From Octopus sinensis (taxonomy: Eukaryota): DNA of 64,000 nucleotides. The stretch covers positions 30,318,001 to 30,382,000 of the forward strand of contig NC_043007.1 in NCBI RefSeq assembly GCF_006345805.1. The letters run 5' to 3'. The position numbers and the translations under genes were made by a program. Below the pieces are notes generated by a model. It saw only the letters and a program-made list of their open reading frames with translations. It was not told the origin of the DNA and searched no databases. Below are positions 12,439 to 26,214 of this stretch, piece by piece; position 1 is the stretch's first letter, and each line of letters starts with the position of its first letter.

Positions 12439-15153
12439 TTGTCCTCTCATCAAATCTCTTATAAACTAGACCAATTGGTGAGTCTGTGACTGACTCCATC
12501 CCCCTCGCCAGCATCCTTCCCCGATAAGATCACCTCGCCGTATCTCTCTGCTTAAAGTCACTTCTTCTTATCTCCTCCTTTAAGTTTTCCGGTTGTGATG
12601 TGGCTCGGTTAAAATAAATTAGAATCGACGACCAACGACAGCAATCAGAGAACGGACTTATCAGCGGACCTTGTCAGGTTGTTGCCAGAATCGTATTATT
12701 AGGCATTGGGCTTGTGGTCAATCATACTTTGTGCGTTTCGATAAATATCTGGCCCGGAAAAGAAACTGGAAAATAAATGCCCTTGGCATAAAAATTAAAA
12801 TTAAAAATTGAAAAAGAAAATAAATATATAAATGAATAAAACATAAAAAGAAAAAATAGACAAATTTATAAGTTCCTTTTGCAAAGTGGAAGAAGAGGAG
12901 CGCCCATGGCCGTTTTGAGGGTATTCAAGACCGGCAGGAGTGAAGGAAGGGAATGCCACATTCGAATTCTTGTCAGAGAATGGACTTTTGCCTGAAGCAA
13001 TCAAGGGCTACGTGGTGAATTCAAACCGCATTTCACATTAAGTTTGTCAAACAAGGAAGCATCAGTAGAGTTCATTCTATGGGATTCACAATAGTTTCCT
13101 TCTTTTAAATTCCAACCAGTCTGTGCCATTTTGCAAAAGTGCTCTATCGATCCTACCAATTATTAATGCTATTGTTTTCCAGAATATATAATCGACAAAA
13201 TGTCCCATTCCGTCTTGTTAGAAGATGCGAGGCAGTGTGTTTAGTTAAGAGAAATCACTTTTGGCAAAATGGTTTATATAGGACAAGAGACAGAAGAACA
13301 AAATATGAGCTGATCAGTTAAGCCATTCAAAGGACAATTGAAGCACAAAGGAAAACCTTTGTTAGGAATCGAAACCATGTCGATGTTTGCGGACAAAGCT
13401 TGCCTTGACGGAGTATTGTTATTGCGCAGTCGAGATTCTCAGTTGAAATGCAGAAACAGTCTCTCTTATTTCGATAATGCCGTGCTATGCAATTATTATA
13501 ATCAGCCCTACAGTGGTAAATAACAGAACATGGGACGCAAGTTCGATTCTCATCTACGTCATTTTTCTATTTCATATTCGGCCTCACTTTATATGGATGC
13601 ATTTGACACCTGGTACAGGAATCGTTGGTTTTGACCTCAACAAACTAAAGTTTGGTAAAGCTTGCATCGGTGCCGAAATTAAGTTTCAGATCAGCACTTG
13701 GAACATCATTAAACTCGTTATCCAACTCCTTCTTGTATTGAGTTCTCTGAACTAAACACGGCTTCTGATTCTTCGTTCCTTTCATCCTTTTTGGACTTAT
13801 TTACAATTCACTTTAGTCAGCCTTTAATTCTATTACCCTTTAGCAACCTGACTTTCATCTATAAATCTCTTCTTTTAATTTTTAATTTAATTCCATTCAG
13901 CTTCAGATTTTATCTTTAGATTCCTTCAAGTTTACAATTTCTTTGCCTCTTCCTTATACTTAATCATTCTTTGAATCTTTGTTTTACCCATAATTATTAT
14001 TTTTCATTTTAGTTCAGTCTCGCTAAATTAACCCTTAAACATTCACAAAAATCTTCTACCGTAACATTCTTACAATCCTTACTTAAAAAAAAAAAAAAAC
14101 GAATATTCCTTTATCTGCAGAACCCTTTCTGTGTTACTTCATATTAAAAGATTAAAGAACAAAGGAATTATTCAATTACAACAACCATGGAATTAGAAAA
14201 AATTCCCGAGATTATTGTGAAATAATTCTTAGAATTGTGTATGGTTGTTTAGGAGCTTTGAAAACAGAACTTCTTTCATTAACAGGTATTTAGCACGGAA
14301 TTATAACTCGTTGCAACATTAACTTAAGTTTTTTTCTCCCCCTCTCTCTCTCTTTCTCAATATATATATATATATTCTGTTGTGTCTGAGGAGAGTCACT
14401 CTCTTTTAGTGCCTTATTAATTAAGACATTTACCAGTAAAATTTAAACTCATTTATTTTTCTAAAATGTTTGTTGCATCTTGCAACCTCTTCAATAGTTG
14501 TTGACTCTGTCCGTTACCCGAGCTGCGTTCTTTTTGTTTGTGCGCATGTGTGGGGGTCAATGTGTGTGCACATATGTATGTATGTAAGTATGTGTGCGCG
14601 TTTGTATATATGTGCTTGTATGTATGTATTCTGCATATTCCTGTGTTTGTGTTTGTGCGTTTTCATGTGTGTGTGGGTGGGTGTACCACTGCTGAGTGTG
14701 CATGTCTGTATGTGTGTATGGGTTTTTGTGACTATGTACAGTGTCTGTATGTATGGTTGTGTGTCCGCACATGTGCCCTTGTGTGAAGTGAAGTGTGTGT
14801 GTATATGATCATGTGTTTCAGTCTTCATTTGGGTATGTGTGTGTATGTGTGTTTGTCTGTCCATATTAACGATTTACCTATCCGTATCTATGTCTATCTG
14901 TTTATATTCATATCCATTCGCTAACATACATGTATATATACTTATACACACTCGCAAACACATCTGTATAACAGCCCACTAACTATTCTACCCGTGTATA
15001 AATATAAACTGTGGGTATGGGGTATAATTACCTACTACGTGTGTTTGTTATTTAGTAGTGGGGATGTTTCATTTATGAGAACAAACCCTGTACTTGTCTG
15101 AGGGTTGGGTCCTTTGGGTGCTTGGATAAAAATCCAAAAACGAAATATATATT

Positions 15154-15205
<52 letters not shown>

Positions 15206-15359
15206 AGTGTATCTATCTACCTATCTCTCTCTCTCTCTATATATATATATAAGTATATATATGTGTGTGTAGATATTTGGCTATTTATATTCCATCTTAT
15301 TTCTCTCTTCTTCTGCGTTTCTATCACCAGATCTATTCGATACCACAATAAAAAAAAAA

Positions 15360-15440
15360 ACACTTGGCCAAAGTGACGTGAAGTGGGATAGAACCCAAAA
15401 CATCGTGGTTGCGAAGCAAGCGTCTCAACCACACTGCGTT
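15360..15440 (-). mobile_element. Degenerate SINE family B head
   Basis: cacttggccaaagtgacgtgaagtgggatagaacccaaaacatcgtggttgc resembles the reverse complement of the family B head. Confidence 0.6.
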
Positions 15441-16652
15441 GACTTTGTGTATTTCAGGCTTATATAAAACGGTGTTATGACGCAGTGAAGCGATTGGTCT
15501 TCGATTATTTGTGTGAGTAGCGGTTGACCTCTTTATCTTCGTATTTACTGGTTGACCGTAAAAGTGAATTGCTTTGAGGAAATGCGCTCCAATATATCGA
15601 GGTTTACTTACCGCCATCGGCTATTGACTCTATTAACAACATCATTGAAGTTAAAACTGGTATAAATGGAATGGCCATTAATGGAACAATAGTGTCTTTG
15701 ATTACTGAAGATAATTCTTCATTAATGGTAGTTTCTATTCAATTATTTCATTGCAGTTTGGTGTTTGGAATTGGCTGAAGATGTCCGTCTCTCAGTCGAT
15801 ACCTTTGGCTTGAATTTTTGTTGTTTAGCCCCAGGTCAGTCCTGATCCTGATGACCTGTAATCAAAAGCGTTCTAGCCATATCTGTCCCAACGGATAATG
15901 TATAAGGGTCGTTCCGCATATTCTTATTTTATTTTCATCCTCAATAACTTATTGAAGTGGAGTATATTGTTACTGAATATGTCTGTATTGAATCTAGATC
16001 CATTATTGCCTTTCTGCTGTTATTTGCTAGCTTGATGCACAATTGACGTTGGATGGGTTAAAGTTTTAATTTATTTTAACTATATCTTTAGTTGCGTTTG
16101 CATAAGGTTATGATTTGCTTGTAGTTAAGGCTAGTGTGATATTTAAAATAATTGGATCTTGAGATGACGATGTCCAGGTCAACATAGTATGAACAATCTT
16201 TGAGCGAAAGAATGCTTAATACTCTCGGTTGTTACGTATTATTTAAGCCTATATAATCCATTAATCCGTGACGGTAGTCTCAATCCATCGTACGCAGTTG
16301 ATCCTACGAAAACTTTGGTAGAGTTCTGAATTGTAAAAAAATTGGGGCCAAATTCTCGACCTGTCAGTAAGGCTGGTGGCATTGAAAAGGGTGGGGTACT
16401 TTTTTACCTGATAAAGCTATCAGAAGTTACAAAAGTAAAACTAACGGATGCACTTTATACATGCTGGAAGTCTTAGTTGTAGATGAGATGCAAAGATTGA
16501 AAACGTTAGGTTTTCTCACCCCTTATAGCAATTGGAATTACTAAACGCTTCTAAGAAGTCTCCCAGTTCACAGATTATTACTGACGCTGACCATCCCTGG
16601 TTTCTTTGTGCTTTGGGTGTTTGACTGAGTTACGAGGGGAGCCGGTAACTAA

Positions 16653-17175
16653 TGTAAACGTTGACTCCAACGAGATGAATGAAGGCACAACTCCCAAACT
16701 AAGCAGTTCAACAAAACTTTTATTCGCAAAATGTCAACTTTAATTTCAACCTTCTCCAAACTTCTGTCCTCATCAGCCAACCTTGTGGGTAGAAGATTTA
16801 ATCCGTCTCATGGTTTCAACTGCCACTTGGCCCTTATATGTCCCCAGCTAACTCACATTCCCTACAACCAATTTGCTGCGTCTTCATGTTCCAGACAGCT
16901 TACTCTCGTATACGAAAGCGCTTTTCGATTCAGCCATTAATGCTGTCGTCTACAAGCGGCGACTCACGGATATCAAAGCTGAAATAAACCGTATCGATAG
17001 CCCAAAGCACAGAAAGGTCGTGGCATAAAAAGAAATCCATGGGCAACGACACCCTCCTTCTGACTAATCCAGAGATCGAAACCAACGAAGAGACGAAACA
17101 CAGATAGATTCTAATAGTTTTGCCAGAAACCCAGCTCAAGTCTTTCTACTACTGCTATGGTAGTTACTACTTACA
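16653..17175 (-). mobile_element. Possible solo LTR
   Basis: TGTAA...TTACA termini; on the minus strand TATAAG precedes AATAAA about 65 bp before the terminal CA. No matching TSD found. Confidence 0.35.
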
Positions 17176-17429
17176 TACAATCTATATTACAATTTATATA
17201 TACACATATATACAGTTTGTATCTACACATATTATGTATGGGCTACAGCTTAGTATTTCGTCTTTCAATTAGTCTCTCTTCATGTTTATTTATTAATATT
17301 CCTTTATTTTGCACATTTCTTTAATATTCTATTGTTATCCAAACTAATTACTTCATATTTTCACAGTTTGTTTCCATCAAAATAATGGACTATTAGAACT
17401 TTTGTTTGATTTCAATACTGGAGCGAATA

Positions 17430-17476
<47 letters not shown>

Positions 17477-17729
17477 AGCACGCATACACTCAGAGAAGTA
17501 TATGCATACAGGTGTATTTATGAATGTATGTCTTTTGCTGAAGTGTTGGAATGTTGAAAATAATTTGAAAATATTTTTGTTTAAATCTATTCGACCACAG
17601 ACATAATACTTATAAGATGTCTAAAGAAATATAGTTATGTAAGCAATAGTAATAATAATAATAAAAATAATAATAATAATAATCGTTTCCACTAAAGGCT
17701 CAGGGACTGAAACTTGTGGAGAGAAGTCT

Positions 17730-17886
17730 AATCGATTACATCATGCCTAGTGGTACTTAATTTATCGACCCCGAAAGGATGAGACACAAAGCCAACCTCG
17801 ACAGAATTTGAACTCAGAACGCAAAGAAGGACGAAATTACGCCATGCATTTTGCCCGGTGTGCTAACGATTCTGCCAACTCGCTGC
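17730..17886 (-). mobile_element. tRNA-derived SINE family A
   Basis: tatcgaccccgaaaggatg...gaatttgaactcagaacg...gctaacgattctgccaactcgctgc. Confidence 0.88.
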
Positions 17887-18259
17887 ATTAACAAGAATAA
17901 CAACAACAAAAATAACAATCCGATCTTCTTCGCCCGCATAATCCTGGGAGGGGCGCAGCGTCTTTAATGAATCCTTCCATCGGGTGCTTTCAAAGCAATC
18001 ACCCCCAATTCATCCTGCTGGTTTTCCAAGCGAACAAGCGAGTCTAAACGAGCTCATTAACGTTTGTTATCTAACCATCTTGCTTTTGATCTGCACCTGG
18101 GTTCCCTGCCGGTTGGTCTTGCCCTTAAAACCTGTCCAATGATTCTTTACCGAAACATTCTTCTCCCATCCCCATAGTATCGGAGATACATTCTCTCACT
18201 TCGCTTTATTAGCTTTGATTTCTTCTTCTCCTTCTTCTTCTTCTTATTATTATTATTAT

Positions 18260-20457
18260 ATGAAAACTCACAGTTTATTGTGCTGTGTATGATGGTAAGT
18301 GTCAGCTGTCCACAGCCAGTAGACTAAGGGGACACTTGTTTACTAGTCATGTTTCAAGAACACTGCGAAGAATTCAATGCTCATTTTTCTAAGTGTTCTA
18401 CCTTCACACTTGCACCAATCTTTTTCAGCCATGTTGGTAGTTGAGTGCTGATACTTCTAATTGCACCAATTACTATTGGTATCACGTCTAATCTCCCCAT
18501 TCACCACAACCTTCGTATTTCCCTCTTTAAATGTTCATAGTTGTTTATTTCTTCTTCTTTCACATTGATTCTGTTATCACCGGGGTATGCTCTGTCGATT
18601 ATCATATAAGTTCTTTCTTTTTTTATTCACCACAACAATGTCCGGTTTCCGATGTCAGATCAGGTGTAAGCACCAGATCATTACATTCCACAGGATTTTG
18701 CAATTCTCATTCTCGGTGACTCCTTCTGGGGGGTTTTCTCATAACACATCTTTGCTCTTTGTAGGTCGTGATTTCCTCACAATTCCCAGTGGATCATTCT
18801 TGTCACATTGTCATGCGTCGTTTGTTTTTGCATTGCGCCAACTTCGGTCATTCGATAACGATATGCCATACCGTGTCACTCTTCTCTCCACATTTGTGAC
18901 TATCGGTCGTGTTGTCTATTCTGCACGACCTTTACTGTCCTCGTGCTCTAAATTCTTCCTATTTCAACTTTCAAGGGATTCTATTCTTTTTATTTCTTGT
19001 CCTCTTTCTTTACGATCCTGGAATCAAACGGGTCGAATAGAAAGCAAATTCGCTTTTACTTATTTATAATTGTTATGTCCGGTCTAATATTTTCTAACTC
19101 TTTATCTGAACAGAAAAGTCCTACAAAATTTCTCCGACTCCAGTACTCTTTCGGCGTGTTGCTTGTACCATGTGTTTCCAGCATCAAATCCCCATTTCTG
19201 GCACAGTTTCCTGTGTAAAAACATTTACAACCTGGTCGTGCCTCTATTTCTTATATTCTTCCTGTGCCAGGTTGGGGCATTCTGTCACAATGTGTGCCAC
19301 TGTCTCGTTCCATGTTTCACAGGCTCTACTTTTTTCTGACACTTACTCTCTCTCTCTATAGCTTTTCTCAAATTATGTTTGTATCACTTGATCTTGGACT
19401 GCTACAATTAGATTCTCTGTTTCTTTTTGTAATTGTCCCTTTTTTAAGCAAGCCCAGGATATTGTTCCACCTACATCTTCAGTGACTCTCCAAAATTGGC
19501 CATGCAGCAGTTTTTCTTCAACCTGTCTGATGTGCTCTCCTTGTATTTCATTCTTGTTATTTTATCTTATTTCGCGCTTCATCACCTGTTCTTTCTTAAC
19601 TACCTTTAATAGTTTTTCTGTGTTGTTTTGTAAATACTCTACTAGGCTTTTTCTTTCTACCTGTACACATTCTTCTATTTCTGTTAAACCTCTTCGACCC
19701 TGGTCTCTCCTCAAGTACAGCCAGTTGATATCAGCTTTCAGATGGTGGGCTCCGTATATTGTTAAAAACTTTCTAGTTTTTCTGTCAAGTTCCTTTGCAT
19801 CGTTTTTGGTCCAGTCTATAATTCCAGCTCCAAATCTGATTAAGGGTACTGCTCTTATTGCTTCAATGAGAGCTTTTAATTCAGCTTTGACTGCAATAAT
19901 TTTCTCTTTGTGTACTCCCTAGTGGGGATTTGTTTCATTTCTTCACTTTTTATTTTGTCTGCTTCCAGTTTTCCCAAGTACTTACACCACCGTCCTTTCC
20001 CAACTGCGCTCCGCTCTCATTGTTTGCCCTTTTGGTATTTCACTTCCCTGGTTTCTTTCGAATCTTCCTCGTTCATTTTCAATATAGTGCACCTTTCTAT
20101 GTCAAATTCGATACCTACGTCATTTAAGAAAATGCGGATATGTTCAGGATTTTCAAACTGTTTCTCATTTTTCCCATAAACCTTTATATCATCCTTAAAA
20201 AGGAGATGATTTATCTAAATATTTCCTTTTCCCAAATCGTAATTTTAACTTTTCGTAGTATCATAGTGAGTGGTGCCATGACCAGTACGAACTGGAATGG
20301 AGATAAGCTATCACCTTGGAATATTCCATGTCTCATGTTCACACTTCCGAGGTTTTGGTTTCCTCTAATCAATTCAGTATTCCAATGTTTCGTACTTTCA
20401 TTAAACATTTCCTCCATGTTTTTGCTATTCCAAACATGCTCATTGTCTTATTTATCC
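18260..20457 (-). mobile_element. 5'-truncated R4/Dong-clade non-LTR retrotransposon (RT C-half plus restriction-like endonuclease), degraded
   Basis: Minus strand: GIFQGDSLSP; INHLLFKDDIKVY (YxDD equivalent); AVPLIRFGAGIIDWT; KILWN..HRKPDIVVVNKKERTYMIIDxAYPGDNR..KEEE..YEHLKREIRRLW. Flanked by TAA repeats on both sides. Confidence 0.88.

Positions 20458-20514
<57 letters not shown>
20458..20514. repeat. (TTA)n microsatellite
   Basis: Directly visible. Confidence 0.97.
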
Positions 20515-20516
<2 letters not shown>

Positions 20517-22062
20517 CATGTCATTGATAATTGTGTCTTTTTTAACCCGTGAATGAAACTTTACTCCCGAGAATGGGCTTTGTGTATGGAGGGGGCCCAA
20601 ACTCCTTATTTGAGGGATTAAATTAATAATTCATTTTCTTAGTGACAAGGCCAGCGTAAAAAGAAAAAACCAAGATAGCTGTGCCTTGTGTCATTTCTGT
20701 TAGGGGTGTTACCATGGCGAGAAATAGTGGAATGTAAGGTGTTGGAAGGAAATTGGATTCTCTTCAAAATGGTGTAAATATGAATTCCAGTGATGACGTT
20801 GAGGAATATAAAGTTGGTGACAACACAGAGTGGTGCAACTGCAATGACTGCACTTCAGCAGAAGAAGAACATGACGAGAACACGAGCAGAAACAATAACA
20901 CCAATACCATCAAGAAATTAGCAAGAGAGCACTTGTGCCCTCTCAGACTGCGAGAAATAGCAGTCAAATCTACTGCATGTGATACCAATTACCTTGAAAA
21001 AGAAAGAACATATTGGGTAATGAAGCTGCATTTTATATAGTAAGCTTATTAGTTCCCGACTCTTTAGGTTTTCAGTTGAGATCCCGACGCTGTTGACTTT
21101 GCTCTCGCTCTTCGGAGCTCGATGGAATCGACTTCCCACAAAACCTTCTTCCCACAAAACTGCCGTCATCGATACAAAATTTGAAACCATGGTTATATCT
21201 TGAGAACAAAAAACACCTGATGGTCATGGCAGGAGTATTCGACCAAGACTTATGTGGAACTAAGCAGCAACAGAAACAACAGTAAGGACAAGCGCCGAAA
21301 CCATATACAAAAAGACGAGATGGTCAAGCTTGGACTGTCTTCAACCTTAGGCTGCGTTAAATAAAGGCAGATTTGTGAGTTAACAACAATAAATATGGAG
21401 ACAGCGGTAAGTAAATGGATCTCCGTCGGTTTCGACGATGAGGATTCAGTTGTTCGATCATCTGAATGACTTGTTCATTAAATTAACTCATAAAAGGCTG
21501 AGTATTCCACAGGCACGGGCACCGTTAATATGATCCTCAAATAGAATCAGAGTGACACAGTGTGTGACACGGCTGTGCCTTTTGAATTAAACAGCGACGG
21601 GCTTCTTTACAGGACTCAGAACGTAAAGACGGAGGAAACTTCGCAGAGAGTGCTAATCATTGCGTCATTTGGACATCTTAATAATAATAATAACGATAAT
21701 GATACTGTAATTCTACGTACATTATATCTATCTATATATCTGCTGAAACACAGGAGGGTCGGTCATTCTGGAATGGCATTGGGCTTAGTTCATATTGGTT
21801 CAGGACAGAGCTAAAACCAGGCATTGTAAGTGAGAAGGGTAGCCTATATCATTCGGGCAAGTTGTAAGCCAAACCAAGTGAATATTATATATTATTTGTA
21901 TATATCTTAACAATGTAGAAGGCTTATCGGCAAGAGTCAAGCCTCAGGGCATTGAAGGTGTTTATGGGATCGGTTCCACATTAAACCAGTCATTTCTGGC
22001 ATAGGGGGGACACAGTAAATTTTTACATCGTACCCACTTCAATGTTTATTATAAAATAAAGC

Positions 22063-22106
<44 letters not shown>

Positions 22107-22329
22107 TTATCCATCTTCAATATATATATATAAATGTTTATATATTATAAATATTTTTTTTTAGATATTCATATTTTTATGTCGTATTTATAACTGTATG
22201 AGTACGATTGCCTAATTTGAATTTCTATCTTAATTCTTATCTTTGGTCTCGGGTTCAGGCCGAGCACTTCTTAAGCAGTTCTCTATTTTTCCTAAGAAAG
22301 AACAATAACAATATATGTTTATGCATGTA

Positions 22330-22330
22330 C

Positions 22331-22379
<49 letters not shown>

Positions 22380-22489
22380 CATCTATCTATCCATCCATCT
22401 ATTTGTTGCCCGATTTTCTCTCTCTTCCCATCTATCTGATTGTCCATCCGTACCTCTGTCAATCTTATTTATCTGTCTGTAAGTGTGCG

Positions 22490-22553
<64 letters not shown>
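22330..22553. repeat. (CTAT)n and (TG)n microsatellites
   Basis: Directly visible. Confidence 0.93.
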
Positions 22554-23091
22554 CTGCGTTTCTGTGTGCGTGCATACACATTCACGCTCACAGACACATG
22601 CACGGACAGACACACCGACGCAGCTTGAGGCACTGAAATTTGCGACCGCAGCACAGATGTTGCGAGCATTGATCATAATTTGAGAGAAGCGGTTTGTGAG
22701 AAAAGCGCTGAAATATCCATCGTCCAGCAGATGTGCAGAGGAGGGCGGCAGATTAAGTTTAGATGTAAACACAATATAGATATTTACTTTAATGAGATGG
22801 CAGAGTTATAACATACACACGCATACACTCTACAAACAGTATTATATATATATATATTGCACCATATATACATACATATATACATGTATGTGTCTCGGTT
22901 CAATATCGATAGTGAATAATAAGGATATCAACTAACATGGCAGTTGTGTCTATTTATTGTAATATTACTCGCAGACTCGGATGTCGTAGACACTCGATAT
23001 GTGTGTACGTATTTATATACATACACACAATATATATATATACATAGATACACACGCACACACATATATATATGTGCATACGTATGTATAT

Positions 23092-23153
<62 letters not shown>

Positions 23154-23322
23154 ATGATGTACATATTATATGATATTATAGATACAATCATATATATATA
23201 TATCTATATATATATATTTGTATACACATAACTATATAACTATATATTTATAAATGTATAAGTCTGCTTATATAATGTATATGCAATCATACACATGGAT
23301 ATAAACATACATACTTACATAA

Positions 23323-23402
<80 letters not shown>

Positions 23403-24108
23403 CATGCAGAAAACACACACACATATGCATAAATGTAAATTCATATATAGATGCACACTCATATTTATAGATTATATACAGACACACTAACGAATAGAAA
23501 AATATATATTTGTGTATATGTATATGTGTGTGTGCGTATCTGTGTGTATCTATAACAAGTTTAGTGAAAATGCTACGTAAAAAAAAATAAATGTCTGTTA
23601 CGTATATTAAAATAAACACCCATAAAATATATATTTCTTGTGTGGACATTGATCAATGTACCTTGAGTAAATGCAAGCGAGAAAATAACACGCGTTTAAC
23701 CATTATCATCATGAATATAGATAGTGTGGATATTATTAAACGTACAGGCTATTAATGTATACACGCCGGCGTAACAGACTGCCAGTTTCTAAACGAAGGA
23801 GGAAATGGCCCTAATCAGCCAAAAATATTTCGTTTATCGCTAATAAGACCAATATATTTGTGAAAATGCCATGCAAACGAACAGCCCATTTAATCGATCA
23901 GTGAATGGTGAACGGCGCATTAAACTATTAGTTACAGGAAGAATATATATTTGGTAAATATGAGGAAATATTTTTGTCAATAAACCGACTTGAATAAAGA
24001 AACAGAGGCTGATGTTTTTGTGTTTGTTCTTCGACTTTTTGGATTTACTATATATAATATTATATATATAGATGTATATATATATATATATATATAGATA
24101 TATATATA

Positions 24109-24149
<41 letters not shown>

Positions 24150-24164
24150 CATACACACACGTAT

Positions 24165-24350
24165 ATATAGTTGAAATTTACAAAAAAAAAAGCAAAAGAC
24201 GAGGACGGGTGTATAATCAATAAACAAGTGTATTAGTTTAACGCTCGGGAAAGTGAGAAAGTCTTTTACGTTTCGAGCCTACGCTCTTCAACAGAAAGGA
24301 ACACGAGGAAATAAAGAGAGAGAGAGAATAAAAAAAATCTTTGTGAGCTA
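24165..24350 (-). mobile_element. Short non-autonomous Penelope-terminus-like repeat with variant hammerhead-like motif
   Basis: Homologous to 36801-36999, 40309-40506 and 56880-57025; minus-strand CTTTCTGTTGAAGAGCGTAGGCTCGAAACGTAAAAG. Confidence 0.65.
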
Positions 24351-24362
24351 GAGGTCAATCAT

Positions 24363-24431
<69 letters not shown>

Positions 24432-24899
24432 GTGTGTACATGTGGGTGTAGGTGCGCACGCGTAATATATTTGTTTGGACTTGTATTTAGGGTCCGCTTA
24501 GCCCTTTAGCCAACAAACTGTGCGATGAAACCCAGTCCTTCGTGAAGACAAATTTATTAGAAATTCGGTTCTACTTTCAGAGTTTATCACCTCGTTAGCA
24601 AATATTCTTTTGTTAAGTTTAAACTTGCTTTAAATAAATAACCATAAATTAACACCCACACACAGAGAACCACAGGAAACACACATGCGCGCACACACAC
24701 GCACACACACACACACAAACACACACACGCATGTATGGATTGATTTTAAGTAGGTCTACGTTTACGTTTTCTTATAAAAAGTAGTCTCAACAACGATGTC
24801 ATTTATGGATTCGCCTTCTTAGATTTAATGTCCCATTATATTCTTTTCTACTCTAGGCACAAGGCCCGAACTTTTTGGGGAGGTGGGGGGGAGGCGATC

Positions 24900-25060
24900 G
24901 ATTAGATCGTCCCTAGTACGCAACTGGTACTTAACCTATCGACTCCGGAAGGATGAAAGGCAAAGTCGACCTCGGCGGAATTTGAACACAACGTAAAGAC
25001 AGACAAAATAGCGCTATGCATTTCGTCCGGCGTGCTACCATTTCTGCCAGCTCGCCGCCT
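24900..25060 (-). mobile_element. tRNA-derived SINE family A
   Basis: ctggtacttaacctatcgac...cggcggaatttgaac...ctgccagctcgccgcct. Confidence 0.9.
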
Positions 25061-25496
25061 TTCACGTCCCATAATATTGTCATTACAAGGACAACTCTGG
25101 CCAAATGGTATTCGACAAAACTGTCTCGATTCTGTTCCAATTCCTGTTCATCTTGTTTAAAGTCTATGAACCAGAAATATTCCTAATATATTAAAATGAA
25201 TGTTATTTTAGTTTTCATGGAAGAAAATTTCTGCATTTTCACAGATTTTCTCCTCATCCTTTTCATGTGTGTCTATGTATGTATGTATGTATGTTTGTAT
25301 GTATGTACCTACCTATCTATCCCTATCTATTTATTTGTCTGTCTGTCTGTCTCTCTCCCCATCTATATAACGCACACACTCACACAATATATATACGTTT
25401 GAACTCTTCCGGATGGGATGATTTTTGAAAATTTTTACATTACTATTTCTTGTAGGCATAGTCATACTTAGAACCTAGTGTTGGAACTCAACACAC

Positions 25497-26008
25497 ATGC
25501 GCTTCAGAGAAAGCATTGGTCGTGTACAGAGCGTAATAAGAGATTATACAAATGGCAAAGAAACAAGAAACCACGTAATGAACTTCACTAGCTTACAGCT
25601 GTTTCAGCGAAGACTTCAACCAATGTCCCTCTGCATACGCATATATGCCCAAATTTATCCAAGTCTTCATATTTCTGGAGTGGCTTTTCCCCTTCAAACT
25701 CGATACTAAATTTTGTTGATGGTTTCCATCTATAGAAATGCTGTCCTAAATAAATTTGCTCTTCATTTTGAAAGCTATAACGAAGCTATGACAAAATGTA
25801 GTATCGAGTCTGAAGGGGAAAAGCCACTCCAGAAATATGTAGACTTGGATAAATTTGTGCATAATATACTTATACAGTGGAACATAGGTTGAAGTCTTAG
25901 CAGAAACAGCTGTAAGCTAGTGAAGCTAGCTACGTGGTTTCTTGTTTCCTTGTCATGTGTATAATCTCTTACTACGCTCTGTACACAAGCACTCAGTTGT
26001 GAGTGCAT
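25497..26008. repeat. Long inverted repeat / fold-back (MITE-like), ~195-bp arms, ~75-bp spacer
   Basis: 25522-25716 is the reverse complement of 25791-25986; the ORF track shows homologous translations on opposite strands (VQSVIRDYT.GKETRNHV vs VQSVVRDYTHDKETRNHV). Confidence 0.9.
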
Positions 26009-26165
26009 TGCAGCCTATTGCAGAACCAGCTGTAAAGCTAATAATGTTCAGAACACAGATGTTTATTCTTTATGAATTATATAATTTGTTATATGATATA
26101 TATGTGTGTGTATCTATCTATCTATCACACATAAATACATAAACACACACACACACACACACACA

Positions 26166-26200
<35 letters not shown>

Positions 26201-26214
26201 GAGAGACAGATTAT

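Noticed and set aside
16740-16780. Minus-strand CUGAUGAGGAC
   Set aside because: No GAAA follows a closable stem II.
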